The notes under the pieces: generated by a model | The model's input: the letters and a program-made list of their open reading frames with translations, nothing else | Database searches by the model: none | What the model was told of the DNA's origin: nothing | Translations under genes and position numbers: made by a program | In this document: piece by piece, positions 18,247 to 26,980 of the stretch | Layout of the letters: the number at the start of each line of letters is the position of its first letter | How positions within the stretch are numbered: the first letter of the stretch is position 1 | Assembly: GCA_043805415.1 (NCBI GenBank) | Contig: JAZDHZ010000035.1 | Span: 8,557 to 72,556 of the forward strand | Origin: Candidatus Omnitrophota bacterium | Lineage (GTDB): Bacteria; Omnitrophota; Gorgyraeia; B26-G9 | Direction of reading: 5' to 3' | Length of the DNA stretch: 64,000 bases

Positions 18247-18286
18247 AAAAAAAATCCTTTATGTCATAAATCATGACTTAAAGGAT
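18247..18286 (-). terminator. Intrinsic terminator of the riboswitch expression platform
   Basis: On the minus strand: 12-bp stem (one mismatch) AUCCUUUAAGUCAUGA..UCAUGACAUAAAGGAU followed by U8 (plus-strand A8 at 18247-18254). Confidence 0.6.
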
Positions 18287-18379
18287 TGCACCCTGTTTCT
18301 TCACCCTTCCGCGAGGTTCAAAATATATTCTTCTCACAACCCAGGCAGATATTCTGACTCTCCTGCTTTTCTGACTGCC

Positions 18380-18515
18380 TTCCCGCTTTAAAGCAGTGGC
18401 AAATAACTCTGTCAAAAAAGTTCCCTGATATTATCAGGGCAGGATTACAGCGGCGGGACCGTAACGGAATCATTGCCGAGCAATTCACCGTTTTCCCTTT
18501 TAAGCTTTGTAAAGC
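18380..18515 (-). promoter_or_regulatory. Cobalamin (B12) riboswitch aptamer
   Basis: Minus-strand RNA contains AGGGAAAACGGUGAAUUGC...CGGUCCCGCCGCUGUAA...GCCACUG (B12 box; plus-strand CAGTGGC at 18394-18400). Located in the 5' leader of btuFCD-cobO. Confidence 0.85.
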
Positions 18516-18540
18516 ACCTGTGTTTATTTAACTATCAGCT

Positions 18541-18568
18541 ATTATAGCAGACCGATTATCATAGTCAA
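18541..18568 (-). promoter_or_regulatory. Sigma70-like promoter TTGACT-N16-TATAAT driving the riboswitch/btu operon
   Basis: Minus strand: TTGACT (18568-18563), 16-nt spacer, TATAAT (18546-18541); ~30 nt upstream of the aptamer 5' end. Confidence 0.5.
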
Positions 18569-18706
18569 GATAAAGTAGAGGGAAATAAGGGGACACAATA
18601 CTTAATTAGTCTGAAAAACGAATAAGAATTAACAGAAATTAACAAGGTCAGACCCGAAAAACGGAAAAGATTAAGAGAATATTTTTCCTTGTGACTTTGT
18701 GACTGT

Positions 18707-19441
18707 CTATCCGCTAATCGCTGAACTTTTTGCCGGATACTTGCCGCAGGAAAATTTTTCACCTTCAGGACAGTATTTCAGTTCTTCGCACTTTGCTCCG
18801 GCGTTTTCAAAAATACAAGGCAGTTTTTCCTGAGCCATGGCCAACATTTGATTGGCTAAAGCGCGGATTTCCCACTGCGCCCGGATACAACAGCGATGTT
18901 TGAAAAAATGCAGCAATTCCCGGCAATTCATGGTTAAAACAATTTTAGTTTCCGCGGCCTGGGGCAAAACAAATCGCGCGTCCTGATTAGCCTGTTCCCC
19001 GGTTTTTCCTATTTGCTTAAACCTGGCCAATAGCGCGTTATAGCTTAACTGAATATCCCGCATGGCCTGGACAAATTCAGCTTTAAGTTCAGCATCTGAT
19101 TCTATTGTTGGCGGAATAATATATTGAAAATTACTTTCCTGCACATAACGCTGGCTTTGCTGCGAATAGCTGGCCATGCGGTGTCTGACCAATTGATGAG
19201 TAAGCGCCCGGGAAACCCCTTCCACGGCAAAAGTAAATTTCACATGTTCCAGCGGGCTGTCATGGCCTGAGGCAACAACTTTCCGCACAAACTCAGTCTT
19301 ATCCTGGAGAGAAACATTATCTTGATTAAATATATCTCCGGCAAATTGCGCGCTATAGCACTGCCGGCATGCGGCATAAATAAGTGAAATCGCATTTTCT
19401 GTTGATTCTAAAAGCTGTACGTTTAACTTTACTTGTCCCAC
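18707..19441 (-). CDS. thyX: FAD-dependent thymidylate synthase ThyX
   Basis: 244 aa; ThyX motif RHRMASYSQQSQRY and upstream SGHDSPLEH. Confidence 0.85.
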   Translation of the reverse strand: MGQVKLNVQLLESTENAISLIYAACRQCYSAQFAGDIFNQDNVSLQDKTEFVRKVVASGHDSPLEHVKFTFAVEGVSRALTHQLVRHRMASYSQQSQRYVQESNFQYIIPPTIESDAELKAEFVQAMRDIQLSYNALLARFKQIGKTGEQANQDARFVLPQAAETKIVLTMNCRELLHFFKHRCCIRAQWEIRALANQMLAMAQEKLPCIFENAGAKCEELKYCPEGEKFSCGKYPAKSSAISG

Positions 19442-19480
19442 AAAATTCTCCGGTTCAAAGATAATTTTTTGCTGTTCTTT

Positions 19481-21730
19481 TTATTCTTTTTCTAATATCC
19501 CCAGAAATAAATCCACAAGCAATGGATCAAACTGAGTACTGGCAACCTCTTTTATCGTCCTCATGGCAACTTTTTTACTACGTGCTTTACGATAACGCCG
19601 ATTGGAAGTCAAAGCCTCATAAGTATCAGCCAGAGCAATGATTCTCGCTCCCAAAGGAATTTCCTCGCCTTTTAAGCCATAAGGGTAGCCCTTACCATCC
19701 CAGCGCTCATGATGATGAAGCATCAGCGGAATAATTGATTGGAAGAAATGAATCGGCCTTAAAATATCCGCTCCGATCTGCGGATGTTTTTTTATTTCTT
19801 CATATTCCAGTGCAGTTAACTTTGACTTTTTCATTAATATTTTTTCACTTATCCCGATTTTTCCCAGATCATGGAGTATTGCAGCTTGCCGAATCCGCTC
19901 TATTTCATCTTTGGGCAGATTTTTTGCTTTTGCCAGCTCAGTGGCATAATGCACGGTTTTTTCAACATGCTCTCCGGTATAATGGTCTTTTATCTCAATT
20001 GTTTTAGCAAAAGCAAAAATCGCTTCGGCCAAGCTTTGATTTGCCCGCTTTGTCAGCTTACCTAATTTATCCTGTAAAGCCACAACATCCGTGCCTTTTT
20101 CTGAATCAAGCGTTGAAACCGGTCTGGTACTGACAATATCCTGATATGAATATACCTTATCTCCCCCGGTTTCTTTGACTTTGTCCAGAATACTATCAGC
20201 GACTTTTATAAAATCACCGGGATTATGAATTCTATCATCCGGGAAACAGGCAACAGCCACGCTTATTTTCAGTTTAACTTTATGCGTTTTATTACCAAAA
20301 GTGTATAATTTAATAATTTCCAGCAGCCTTTGAGCTAAAACCAAAACAATCTCTTTATCCGCCCCGGGAGTAATAATAATAAATTCCTCTCCGCCATAAC
20401 GGATCACAGTATCATATTTACGCACCATTTGGGTTAATTGCTCAGAAAACTGCTTTAAAACCAAATCGCCGAACTGATGGCCGTAAACATCATTTATTGA
20501 TTTAAAATAATCCACATCCAGGAGAATTACTGAAAGCGGCAAGGAATGTCTTTTGGCCCGCATAAATTCAGCTTCAATCGCTTCTTCGAAATAACGATGA
20601 TTATACAGATTAGTTAAAGCATCCCGTAAAGCTAACTGTTTAAGCCGCATATTCATCTTAAGCAGTTCTTTATTTAATGATTTTATATCCCGGTCCATTT
20701 GCCGGCGCCTGATCACATTAGCAAACATGTCCGCGACAAGCCTTAACAGACCCTGAATATCATCAGCCCAGGGTTTTTCCTCTCGCACAGAATCAAAACC
20801 TAAAAAACCGATTACCCCTCCCTGATAAACCATGGGCGCATTTACCAAAGAACGAATACCGGCTAATTCCCATTCTTTTTTTTCCGCTTGCGCCGACTCA
20901 GGTAAATCTGCCAGAGAATAAACATGCACAATCTCCATGGCTTTAATCTGATTAATAATCCAGGGAAAACTGCTTATCGGAACTTGCTTTAATCTTTGAA
21001 TCTGCGGTTCAATACCCAGCGCGCACCATTCATGAGTATTACTCATATTTTTATCATTATCTGAAAAAATAAATATATAACAGCGGTCAATGCCGGCAAA
21101 TTCACCCAACTTGGCAAGAGCTTCATTTATCCCATTATCGAAATTTGCCGCGTTAAGATTAATGAATTTAGCGGATAATGCTGTAATAACATTTTTAAAT
21201 TCATTTTTATAATGCAGCTCTTCTTCTACTTTTTTTCTTTGCGTAATATCCCGCAAAACAATCATAAACGCCACTGGACGGCCCTGGCGATTTTTAATTA
21301 TCGAGCTATTTATTTCAACTGATATCCGCTGCCCGTCGCCTCGGAGTATCTCATACTCAATATTACGCAAAGGAGAACTTAAGGTTTTCTGCAAATTAGT
21401 CCTAGCCCGGTCGCGATCTTCCGACACAATAAGCTCAAAAGCGTTTTTTCCGATCAGGATTTCCAGGTCTTTAATCCCGTATAATTCCAAAGCCTGATCA
21501 TTAAGCATAATGATATTCCCGGATAAATCTAATAAGGCAATTGCTTCCGGCGAGATCTCGACTAAGGTATGGTATAATTCCATACTTTCATGCAGTACTT
21601 CTTCAGCAAGGTTTTTGCCTTTCTTCCCGCTGGTCAGCTGGGAAATCTGGGCTTTAAGATCTTCCATCTCCCGCAATAACTCATCTTTTTCGTTTTTTTT
21701 ATCCATGGAATCCGTTAAGGCTAAAATCAT
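19481..21730 (-). CDS. Multidomain c-di-GMP signalling protein: coiled-coil + PAS + GAF + GGDEF + HD-GYP
   Basis: 749 aa; GGDEF active-site RYGGEEF; HD-GYP motifs (HDLGK ... HHERWDGKGYPYGL); PAS and GAF-like regions N-terminal. Confidence 0.8.
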   Translation of the reverse strand: MILALTDSMDKKNEKDELLREMEDLKAQISQLTSGKKGKNLAEEVLHESMELYHTLVEISPEAIALLDLSGNIIMLNDQALELYGIKDLEILIGKNAFELIVSEDRDRARTNLQKTLSSPLRNIEYEILRGDGQRISVEINSSIIKNRQGRPVAFMIVLRDITQRKKVEEELHYKNEFKNVITALSAKFINLNAANFDNGINEALAKLGEFAGIDRCYIFIFSDNDKNMSNTHEWCALGIEPQIQRLKQVPISSFPWIINQIKAMEIVHVYSLADLPESAQAEKKEWELAGIRSLVNAPMVYQGGVIGFLGFDSVREEKPWADDIQGLLRLVADMFANVIRRRQMDRDIKSLNKELLKMNMRLKQLALRDALTNLYNHRYFEEAIEAEFMRAKRHSLPLSVILLDVDYFKSINDVYGHQFGDLVLKQFSEQLTQMVRKYDTVIRYGGEEFIIITPGADKEIVLVLAQRLLEIIKLYTFGNKTHKVKLKISVAVACFPDDRIHNPGDFIKVADSILDKVKETGGDKVYSYQDIVSTRPVSTLDSEKGTDVVALQDKLGKLTKRANQSLAEAIFAFAKTIEIKDHYTGEHVEKTVHYATELAKAKNLPKDEIERIRQAAILHDLGKIGISEKILMKKSKLTALEYEEIKKHPQIGADILRPIHFFQSIIPLMLHHHERWDGKGYPYGLKGEEIPLGARIIALADTYEALTSNRRYRKARSKKVAMRTIKEVASTQFDPLLVDLFLGILEKE

Positions 21731-21856
21731 ACTGGTTAAAAGGAAAAAACCACATCTAGGAATAGAAAAATTATATCGCTTTTTGCTTGTTTTATCAAGG
21801 GATTATGTTCTCTTCCCGCGGATTTCATGTTATTATAGCTAAAAGGAGAGTTAAAA

Positions 21857-22267
21857 ATGGCTGGGCATAATATCAGTACTGATAAAGAAAAAGCGCTTAA
21901 ACTAAAGATGGAAGTTTTAGGAATAAAAGAAGCGGATATCCAGGAGAAATTTATCCGTGCCAGCGGATCCGGCGGGCAAAAAGTAAATAAAACATCCAGC
22001 TGTGTTTATCTAAAGCATATTCCCAGCAATATTGAGATTAAATGCCAGCAAGAACGTTCACAAGCAATGAACCGGTTTTTTGCCCGGAGAATCCTCGTAG
22101 AAAAAATCGAAGAAAAACTGCTAAACGAACAAAGCGCCAAACAAAAACAAATCGCTAAAATCAGGAAACAAAAACAAAAACGTTCCAAGCGGACAAAAGA
22201 AAAGATGTTAAAAGAAAAAAAGATGAATAGCGAAAAAAAGCAACTCCGCGCAAACATAAAAGTCTAA
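21857..22267 (+). CDS. arfB: ArfB/ICT1-family peptidyl-tRNA hydrolase (alternative ribosome-rescue factor)
   Basis: 136 aa; GGQ motif SGSGGQKVNKTSS; highly basic C-terminal tail. Confidence 0.7.
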   Translation: MAGHNISTDKEKALKLKMEVLGIKEADIQEKFIRASGSGGQKVNKTSSCVYLKHIPSNIEIKCQQERSQAMNRFFARRILVEKIEEKLLNEQSAKQKQIAKIRKQKQKRSKRTKEKMLKEKKMNSEKKQLRANIKV

Positions 22268-22350
22268 GAGTCTAAAAGAAACTAACCGTTTACCCTGAGC
22301 GACCTGTGGTGAGTATAATCGAACCAAGTCGAAGAGCTATACGCTTTTCA

Positions 22351-22380
22351 GTATTGCGTCGTGAGTCGTGCGTATTGCGC
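22351..22380. repeat. GTATTGCGTCGTG-type short intergenic repeat
   Basis: GTATTGCGTCGTGAGTCGTGCGTATTGCGC; related copy GTATTGCGTCGTGTGTATCGCG at 30192..30213. Confidence 0.55.
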
Positions 22381-22640
22381 ATCACCAAGTCAATGGTCAA
22401 TAGCTAATGGTCGATGGTTAAAAACTTCCAGTCACAATAGTCAAAGGTTTATAGTCAATCGCTTTTTGTTTTTTTGTATTTTCGGCTTTCGTCATTTGAG
22501 TTTATTTAGAATCTTAATATCACGCTATTTTCTGCTTTTACTTTATAACCTTATAAACTTAGATCGCTATTCGCTGTTTTTCCTGTCTTCTGTCATCTGT
22601 TTTCTGTCTGCTTTTAGCTTTTGCTCTTACTATCGACCAT

Positions 22641-22683
22641 GAGCTATCAGCCATCAGCTATAAGCTAAGCGCGAAGCGCTTTC
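22641..22683. repeat. REP-like intergenic repeat family member B
   Basis: Contains a 31-nt exact match (22652..22682) to 30261..30291: CATCAGCTATAAGCTAAGCGCGAAGCGCTTT, ending in the AAGCGC-GAA-GCGCTT mini-hairpin. Lies between convergent genes. Confidence 0.8.
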
Positions 22684-22813
22684 TGCTTTTCCTAAACGCT
22701 ACACGCTGTTTTTTAATATTTATTGGCAAAATACCCTTCATATTCAGGGATATGAATTTTAAGATTCTGAAAACTAGTCCCGGCTTGCTGAAAAATGACC
22801 TGCTTTAGATTTT

Positions 22814-23551
22814 TTATAGTTTCATTAAAAAAACCTTATCCTTAAGCAGTTTTTCATACTTTGGTTTATACTCTGGGTAATGTTTTTCTATTGCTTTAAC
22901 CATCAAGCTTTGCTTTGCCATATTAAAATTAATAATCTCAAATTCCGCTTGCTTAACAATTTCTTTGGCTGAATTCACAATCTGTTTAATATCCGAGATC
23001 ATTGGCAAAATCGGGCAAAAATAACTAATCACCTTAAGCTTTTTATTTTGCAGTTTTAGCACTGTTTCCAGACCTGGTTTAAAATCAGGCGCCTGCATAT
23101 TAAATTCACTGTTTAGAACATCCGGCAAAGCATTAATTGTAAAATAAATACTCTGACAATTACCTTTTCCTAAAACATCAAGATAATCAGTAATCAATGT
23201 TGAGCGGCTCATAATTGTAAACTGAATAGCTTGCTCATTGAGTAATTCTAATATCTGCCGGGTAATTCCATATTTTTTTTCAACCGGCTGAAAACACTCA
23301 GTAATTGAACCCAGCAAAACACTTTTCGGCTTAATCAATTCCAGCTCTTTTTTCAGCACTTCAATAGCATTAATTTTAACCTTAACATAAGTTCCCCAGG
23401 CATGATTTTGTTTTTTAGCGGTTTTGCCAAACTGCGCATAACAAAAACAGCAGCCCAGCTGACAGCCCTGATAAGGATTAATCACAAAAGGCGCCAGATT
23501 TATGCCTGTCGGACGCAGGATTGTTTCAACATTTTGCTCAATAATTTTCAT
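22814..23551 (-). CDS. Radical SAM protein (spore-photoproduct-lyase/DNA-repair-like family)
   Basis: 245 aa; CQLGCCFCYA provides a CxxxCxxC cluster motif near the N-terminus. Confidence 0.55.
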   Translation of the reverse strand: MKIIEQNVETILRPTGINLAPFVINPYQGCQLGCCFCYAQFGKTAKKQNHAWGTYVKVKINAIEVLKKELELIKPKSVLLGSITECFQPVEKKYGITRQILELLNEQAIQFTIMSRSTLITDYLDVLGKGNCQSIYFTINALPDVLNSEFNMQAPDFKPGLETVLKLQNKKLKVISYFCPILPMISDIKQIVNSAKEIVKQAEFEIINFNMAKQSLMVKAIEKHYPEYKPKYEKLLKDKVFLMKL

Positions 23552-23656
23552 AATTAACTCTTTTGCTGCAGAACATACTTTATTACAGGGTTCGGTCTAG
23601 AATCAATCATTTTGGCTCATTCTCGCCTTACCTCCTGTAAGGCTCCGAGGATAAAG

Positions 23657-23753
23657 CTCTGATTTTGCCAGTCCTATCAAAATCAGGCTTTAAACCCGCC
23701 TAAATAATTATTCTAGCCCTTTATAGTTTATAGCTTTTAGCTTGCAGCCTTGT
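23657..23753. repeat. Dispersed ~97-bp intergenic element, copy 2
   Basis: ~93% identical to 14710..14806; abuts the stop codon of the B12-binding radical SAM gene and lies ~100-200 nt upstream of the 22814..23551 start. Confidence 0.8.
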
Positions 23754-23757
23754 GTCC

Positions 23758-25062
23758 TTATTTTTCAATAAGATTATTTAAAAAAGCATTAGTCATTTTA
23801 AATTTGTGTTTTTTTAACTGACTGATAAAATACTCGACTTTATCAGCTATTGCTTTATTATTATAAAAATCCTGCTGTTTATCCGCTTCCGTGCCGGAAT
23901 AATACACAAAAGGATTAACCTGCTCGATTTTCGGAATTAAATCCTTATGCTTAATTAAAAACTCCAGACTTTCCGCTAAATCATCCTCCGTCTCATCAGG
24001 ATAGCCGACAATAATACTCACCCCAAAATAAACATCGGCTTTTTTTAATTGTTCAAAAAACCGCGCAGCGATTTGTTTGGTAAATCCCTTGCGCATGTTT
24101 TTTAAGGTATTAGCTGAACCGGATTCAAGCCCGACAAACAAATTATAGCAGCCGCTTTGTTTCAGCTTAGCAAAAAGCTGATCCGACATATCCGGCCTTA
24201 TGCCCATTTGCGCTTCCCAGTTTATGCTGCCGAAATTTTTAATTATCGCGTCGCACAAATTTTCTAAATTAACCAAATCCATGTTCAGCATTGAATCATG
24301 AAAAATAAATGACTGCGCTTTATTTTTCTGATGATAAGCAATTTCCTTAATTATATTATCAATGCTTCTTGTCCGGACATGTTTATACAGCAAACGCTCT
24401 GAGCAGAAAGCGCATTTGCGCCTACAGCCGCGTGAAAACAGCAAGGAAACAGAATGTTTACGCGGATAAGAATCTAAATCGATTTGACTATAGCCTAATA
24501 GCGGATTATACACATTCAGATCTTTTAACTCAGAAAACAAAGCTATTTTATTTTTATTGATTTTTCCCTGCAAATAATCGTCTAGTGCCTGTTCTCCTTC
24601 GCCAACTACCAGCAAATCAATATTAGCAAAAGCGCTGATCGAAAAATTTTCCGGATCATTAAAATACAAACGCGTAATCTGCGGGCCTCCCAGCAATATC
24701 TTTATCTTTGGCTTATTTTGTTTAAGCAAGGCAGCAAAACTGAGAGTTGATTTAAAATTACTTTGATAGCAGGAAAATCCCACGATATCAAATTGCGACA
24801 GCTCCTCAACAGTTTGGTTTGTTTGCGCAGGATATAATTGATTAAGCCAAGAAAAAATATTCTCCTCAAGCTCTGAATCAATACTTTTTAACCACTTAGT
24901 TTTTAAATCATCAGTCGCTAAATTATAAAAACGATTGTTCAGATCAAAGATGCTGACTGAGTAGCTCTTTGCCAAAAGAAACCCTCCCAGACAAACCAAA
25001 CTTAAAGGGGGCATTTTCGGCCAAAAAGCCGGAACCAGGCAAAGCGCTATAGATGGATTCAT
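23758..25062 (-). CDS. B12-binding domain radical SAM protein (class B radical SAM)
   Basis: 434 aa; N-terminal cobalamin-binding-like domain; radical SAM motif FSRGCRRKCAFCSE (CxxxCxxC). Confidence 0.75.
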   Translation of the reverse strand: MNPSIALCLVPAFWPKMPPLSLVCLGGFLLAKSYSVSIFDLNNRFYNLATDDLKTKWLKSIDSELEENIFSWLNQLYPAQTNQTVEELSQFDIVGFSCYQSNFKSTLSFAALLKQNKPKIKILLGGPQITRLYFNDPENFSISAFANIDLLVVGEGEQALDDYLQGKINKNKIALFSELKDLNVYNPLLGYSQIDLDSYPRKHSVSLLFSRGCRRKCAFCSERLLYKHVRTRSIDNIIKEIAYHQKNKAQSFIFHDSMLNMDLVNLENLCDAIIKNFGSINWEAQMGIRPDMSDQLFAKLKQSGCYNLFVGLESGSANTLKNMRKGFTKQIAARFFEQLKKADVYFGVSIIVGYPDETEDDLAESLEFLIKHKDLIPKIEQVNPFVYYSGTEADKQQDFYNNKAIADKVEYFISQLKKHKFKMTNAFLNNLIEK

Positions 25063-25235
25063 AACTAAAAACTTTCAATTAGATAATAAAAATTAAATCC
25101 ATTTTGCTTTTCAGAAGATTTCATATACAGTATCCCGGCACACAGCACTGATAAGGATTATCCCCAAAGGTGCCTGATTAATATTATTCGCAGGACGAAG
25201 AATGGTTTAAATATACAGCTTGATGATTTTCATAA

Positions 25236-25991
25236 TTAATCAAGCTGTCTTTCTAAAATTAATTTCTTATTTTCAGAATCAATCTTAAAGTCAAAGTGCT
25301 TTAAAAAAGACATACCCAGAAGCCCATCCCAATAATCGACTCCCCTTTCTTCGGTGAGAATAACTGCGCTAACATCCTCGGCCTCCATGCACCCGACCTT
25401 AACTTTATCCAGAACAATCCTTTTAGCAGGAGATTTACTCCCGTCAGCAAGAATCACATATGTATCCGAACCGGAAATGCGATCAAATCCTGCTGATTTT
25501 GCGGCTGCTTTATTTATCATTATTGCGGTTGCTCCTGTATCTACCAATAAATTCAAGGTTTTCTTACCATTTAAAATAGCCTCAACACCAATACTATTAC
25601 GCTTGGATATATATTCAATCGCGTCTTTTTCTATTTGTTGTTTTTGATCATCCAATTCTTCAGTCAGTCTTCTCTTTATTATTTTGTTCTTTTCCTCTAT
25701 TTGCTGCTGTTGATGCTTTTGCGCTCTTTGCTGAGCTTCTTGCTCCCAATTATCCTGCATTGTTTGTTTTTCTTGCCCATCAGAATTTTCAATTTTTTTG
25801 ATTTTTGATCTATAAAGTTTAGTTGAACCAAATCCTAAGTTTATTCTTATATATTTATCTGTTTGCTGTTCTATAACCCCTTCGATTACACTGCCATTTT
25901 TAAGATATACAGTGTCGGCATAAGCCAAATTAAAAAATACAAGGCCTAAACAAAAAATAACAAGCAATCTGAAAGTTTTTATCTTATTCAT
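25236..25991 (-). CDS. Retropepsin-like (clan AA) aspartic protease with signal peptide
   Basis: 251 aa; signal peptide; Gln/Glu-rich coiled segment; LLVDTGATAIMIN with DTGA catalytic motif. Confidence 0.6.
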   Translation of the reverse strand: MNKIKTFRLLVIFCLGLVFFNLAYADTVYLKNGSVIEGVIEQQTDKYIRINLGFGSTKLYRSKIKKIENSDGQEKQTMQDNWEQEAQQRAQKHQQQQIEEKNKIIKRRLTEELDDQKQQIEKDAIEYISKRNSIGVEAILNGKKTLNLLVDTGATAIMINKAAAKSAGFDRISGSDTYVILADGSKSPAKRIVLDKVKVGCMEAEDVSAVILTEERGVDYWDGLLGMSFLKHFDFKIDSENKKLILERQLD

Positions 25992-26019
25992 AAATAATAA
26001 TTTGCCTGCTTTGCATGTC

Positions 26020-26964
26020 TTATAATCCTTTTGCTTTTCTCAATATCTCACAAACAGCATCCCAGGATTTTTGCGGATTTTCACAAGTTTCCGAAGTGCC
26101 GATTTGCCCCTGATATGCCCAGGCATAAAGCGCGTCGGGTTTTTCGCTTAACAGAATCCCGCCTTGTTCAATTATCCTCGATTCCCGGCCGCTTTGCACC
26201 CCCCAGGCCTGAAGCCATTGATGATGAAGTTTTTTATTGGCCTTGCACAATCCAGCCATTTCTTTGATCAAAGGACGCGTTTGCTCCACATCAGTCTGCT
26301 CATTAACCCAGTAAATATCAGTACCCAGACTATCCAGAGTATCTATCCGGGCAATATCTTCCCAGGCCTTTTTGTCCTGGGGCATCAGGCAGCACATTGT
26401 CTGCATCCGCGGATAGGTGAGTTTTATATAATCCGCTAAAAGACAGACATAGCGTACAATACTTTTTCTGCGGAAATACTCTTGCTGCTCTGAGTCCGCG
26501 GCGAATAAATTAGCTCGATGCATTGAAGCATAAAGCTCCTGACAAGCCGGACAATAACAATCAATTATTGAAGGCTCATCGATAAAATAGCCGTCAAATC
26601 CCGCGCTAGCGATTTTATCAATCAGACTCTTAATATACACCAGGCTATCCGGATTATTATAACAACCGCTGGGATTATAGGAACCATTTTTATTAACTTG
26701 ATGCGCCTGGGGATGTTCCAGCAGAAATTGGCTGGATTTACCTCCGCCAAAATAATTCAATGCCCCCCAGAAAATCGCCCAGGCAGTTAAGCCATTATCT
26801 TTAGCGATTCGCGGAAAGAAATCTACCTTGCCGCGCATATAAACAAAATCATTCTCCTGGGCCGCGAGAAAAACATCATCACAGCCAAGAGCTTTAATAT
26901 CGCTTAGATCGGTTTGCATATGTTTGGGGTTATGATGCCCCATGTAGGATAGCCCAGTACGCAT
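26020..26964 (-). CDS. Hypothetical protein (possible TIM-barrel glycoside-hydrolase-like)
   Basis: 314 aa; several Cys pairs; no definitive motif recognised. Confidence 0.35.
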   Translation of the reverse strand: MRTGLSYMGHHNPKHMQTDLSDIKALGCDDVFLAAQENDFVYMRGKVDFFPRIAKDNGLTAWAIFWGALNYFGGGKSSQFLLEHPQAHQVNKNGSYNPSGCYNNPDSLVYIKSLIDKIASAGFDGYFIDEPSIIDCYCPACQELYASMHRANLFAADSEQQEYFRRKSIVRYVCLLADYIKLTYPRMQTMCCLMPQDKKAWEDIARIDTLDSLGTDIYWVNEQTDVEQTRPLIKEMAGLCKANKKLHHQWLQAWGVQSGRESRIIEQGGILLSEKPDALYAWAYQGQIGTSETCENPQKSWDAVCEILRKAKGL

Positions 26965-26980
26965 AATACACCTTTTCCGC

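Noticed and set aside
18565-18762. 65-aa minus-strand ORF overlapping the thyX 3' end and the btu promoter
   Set aside because: Overlaps the thyX stop region and the promoter/riboswitch leader; more parsimoniously non-coding.
22361-22642. 93-aa ORF in the 22268..22813 intergenic region
   Set aside because: Spans the repeat-rich region (GTCAAT and TCTGTC iterations, REP-like element); low-complexity hydrophobic translation; no RBS; judged non-coding.
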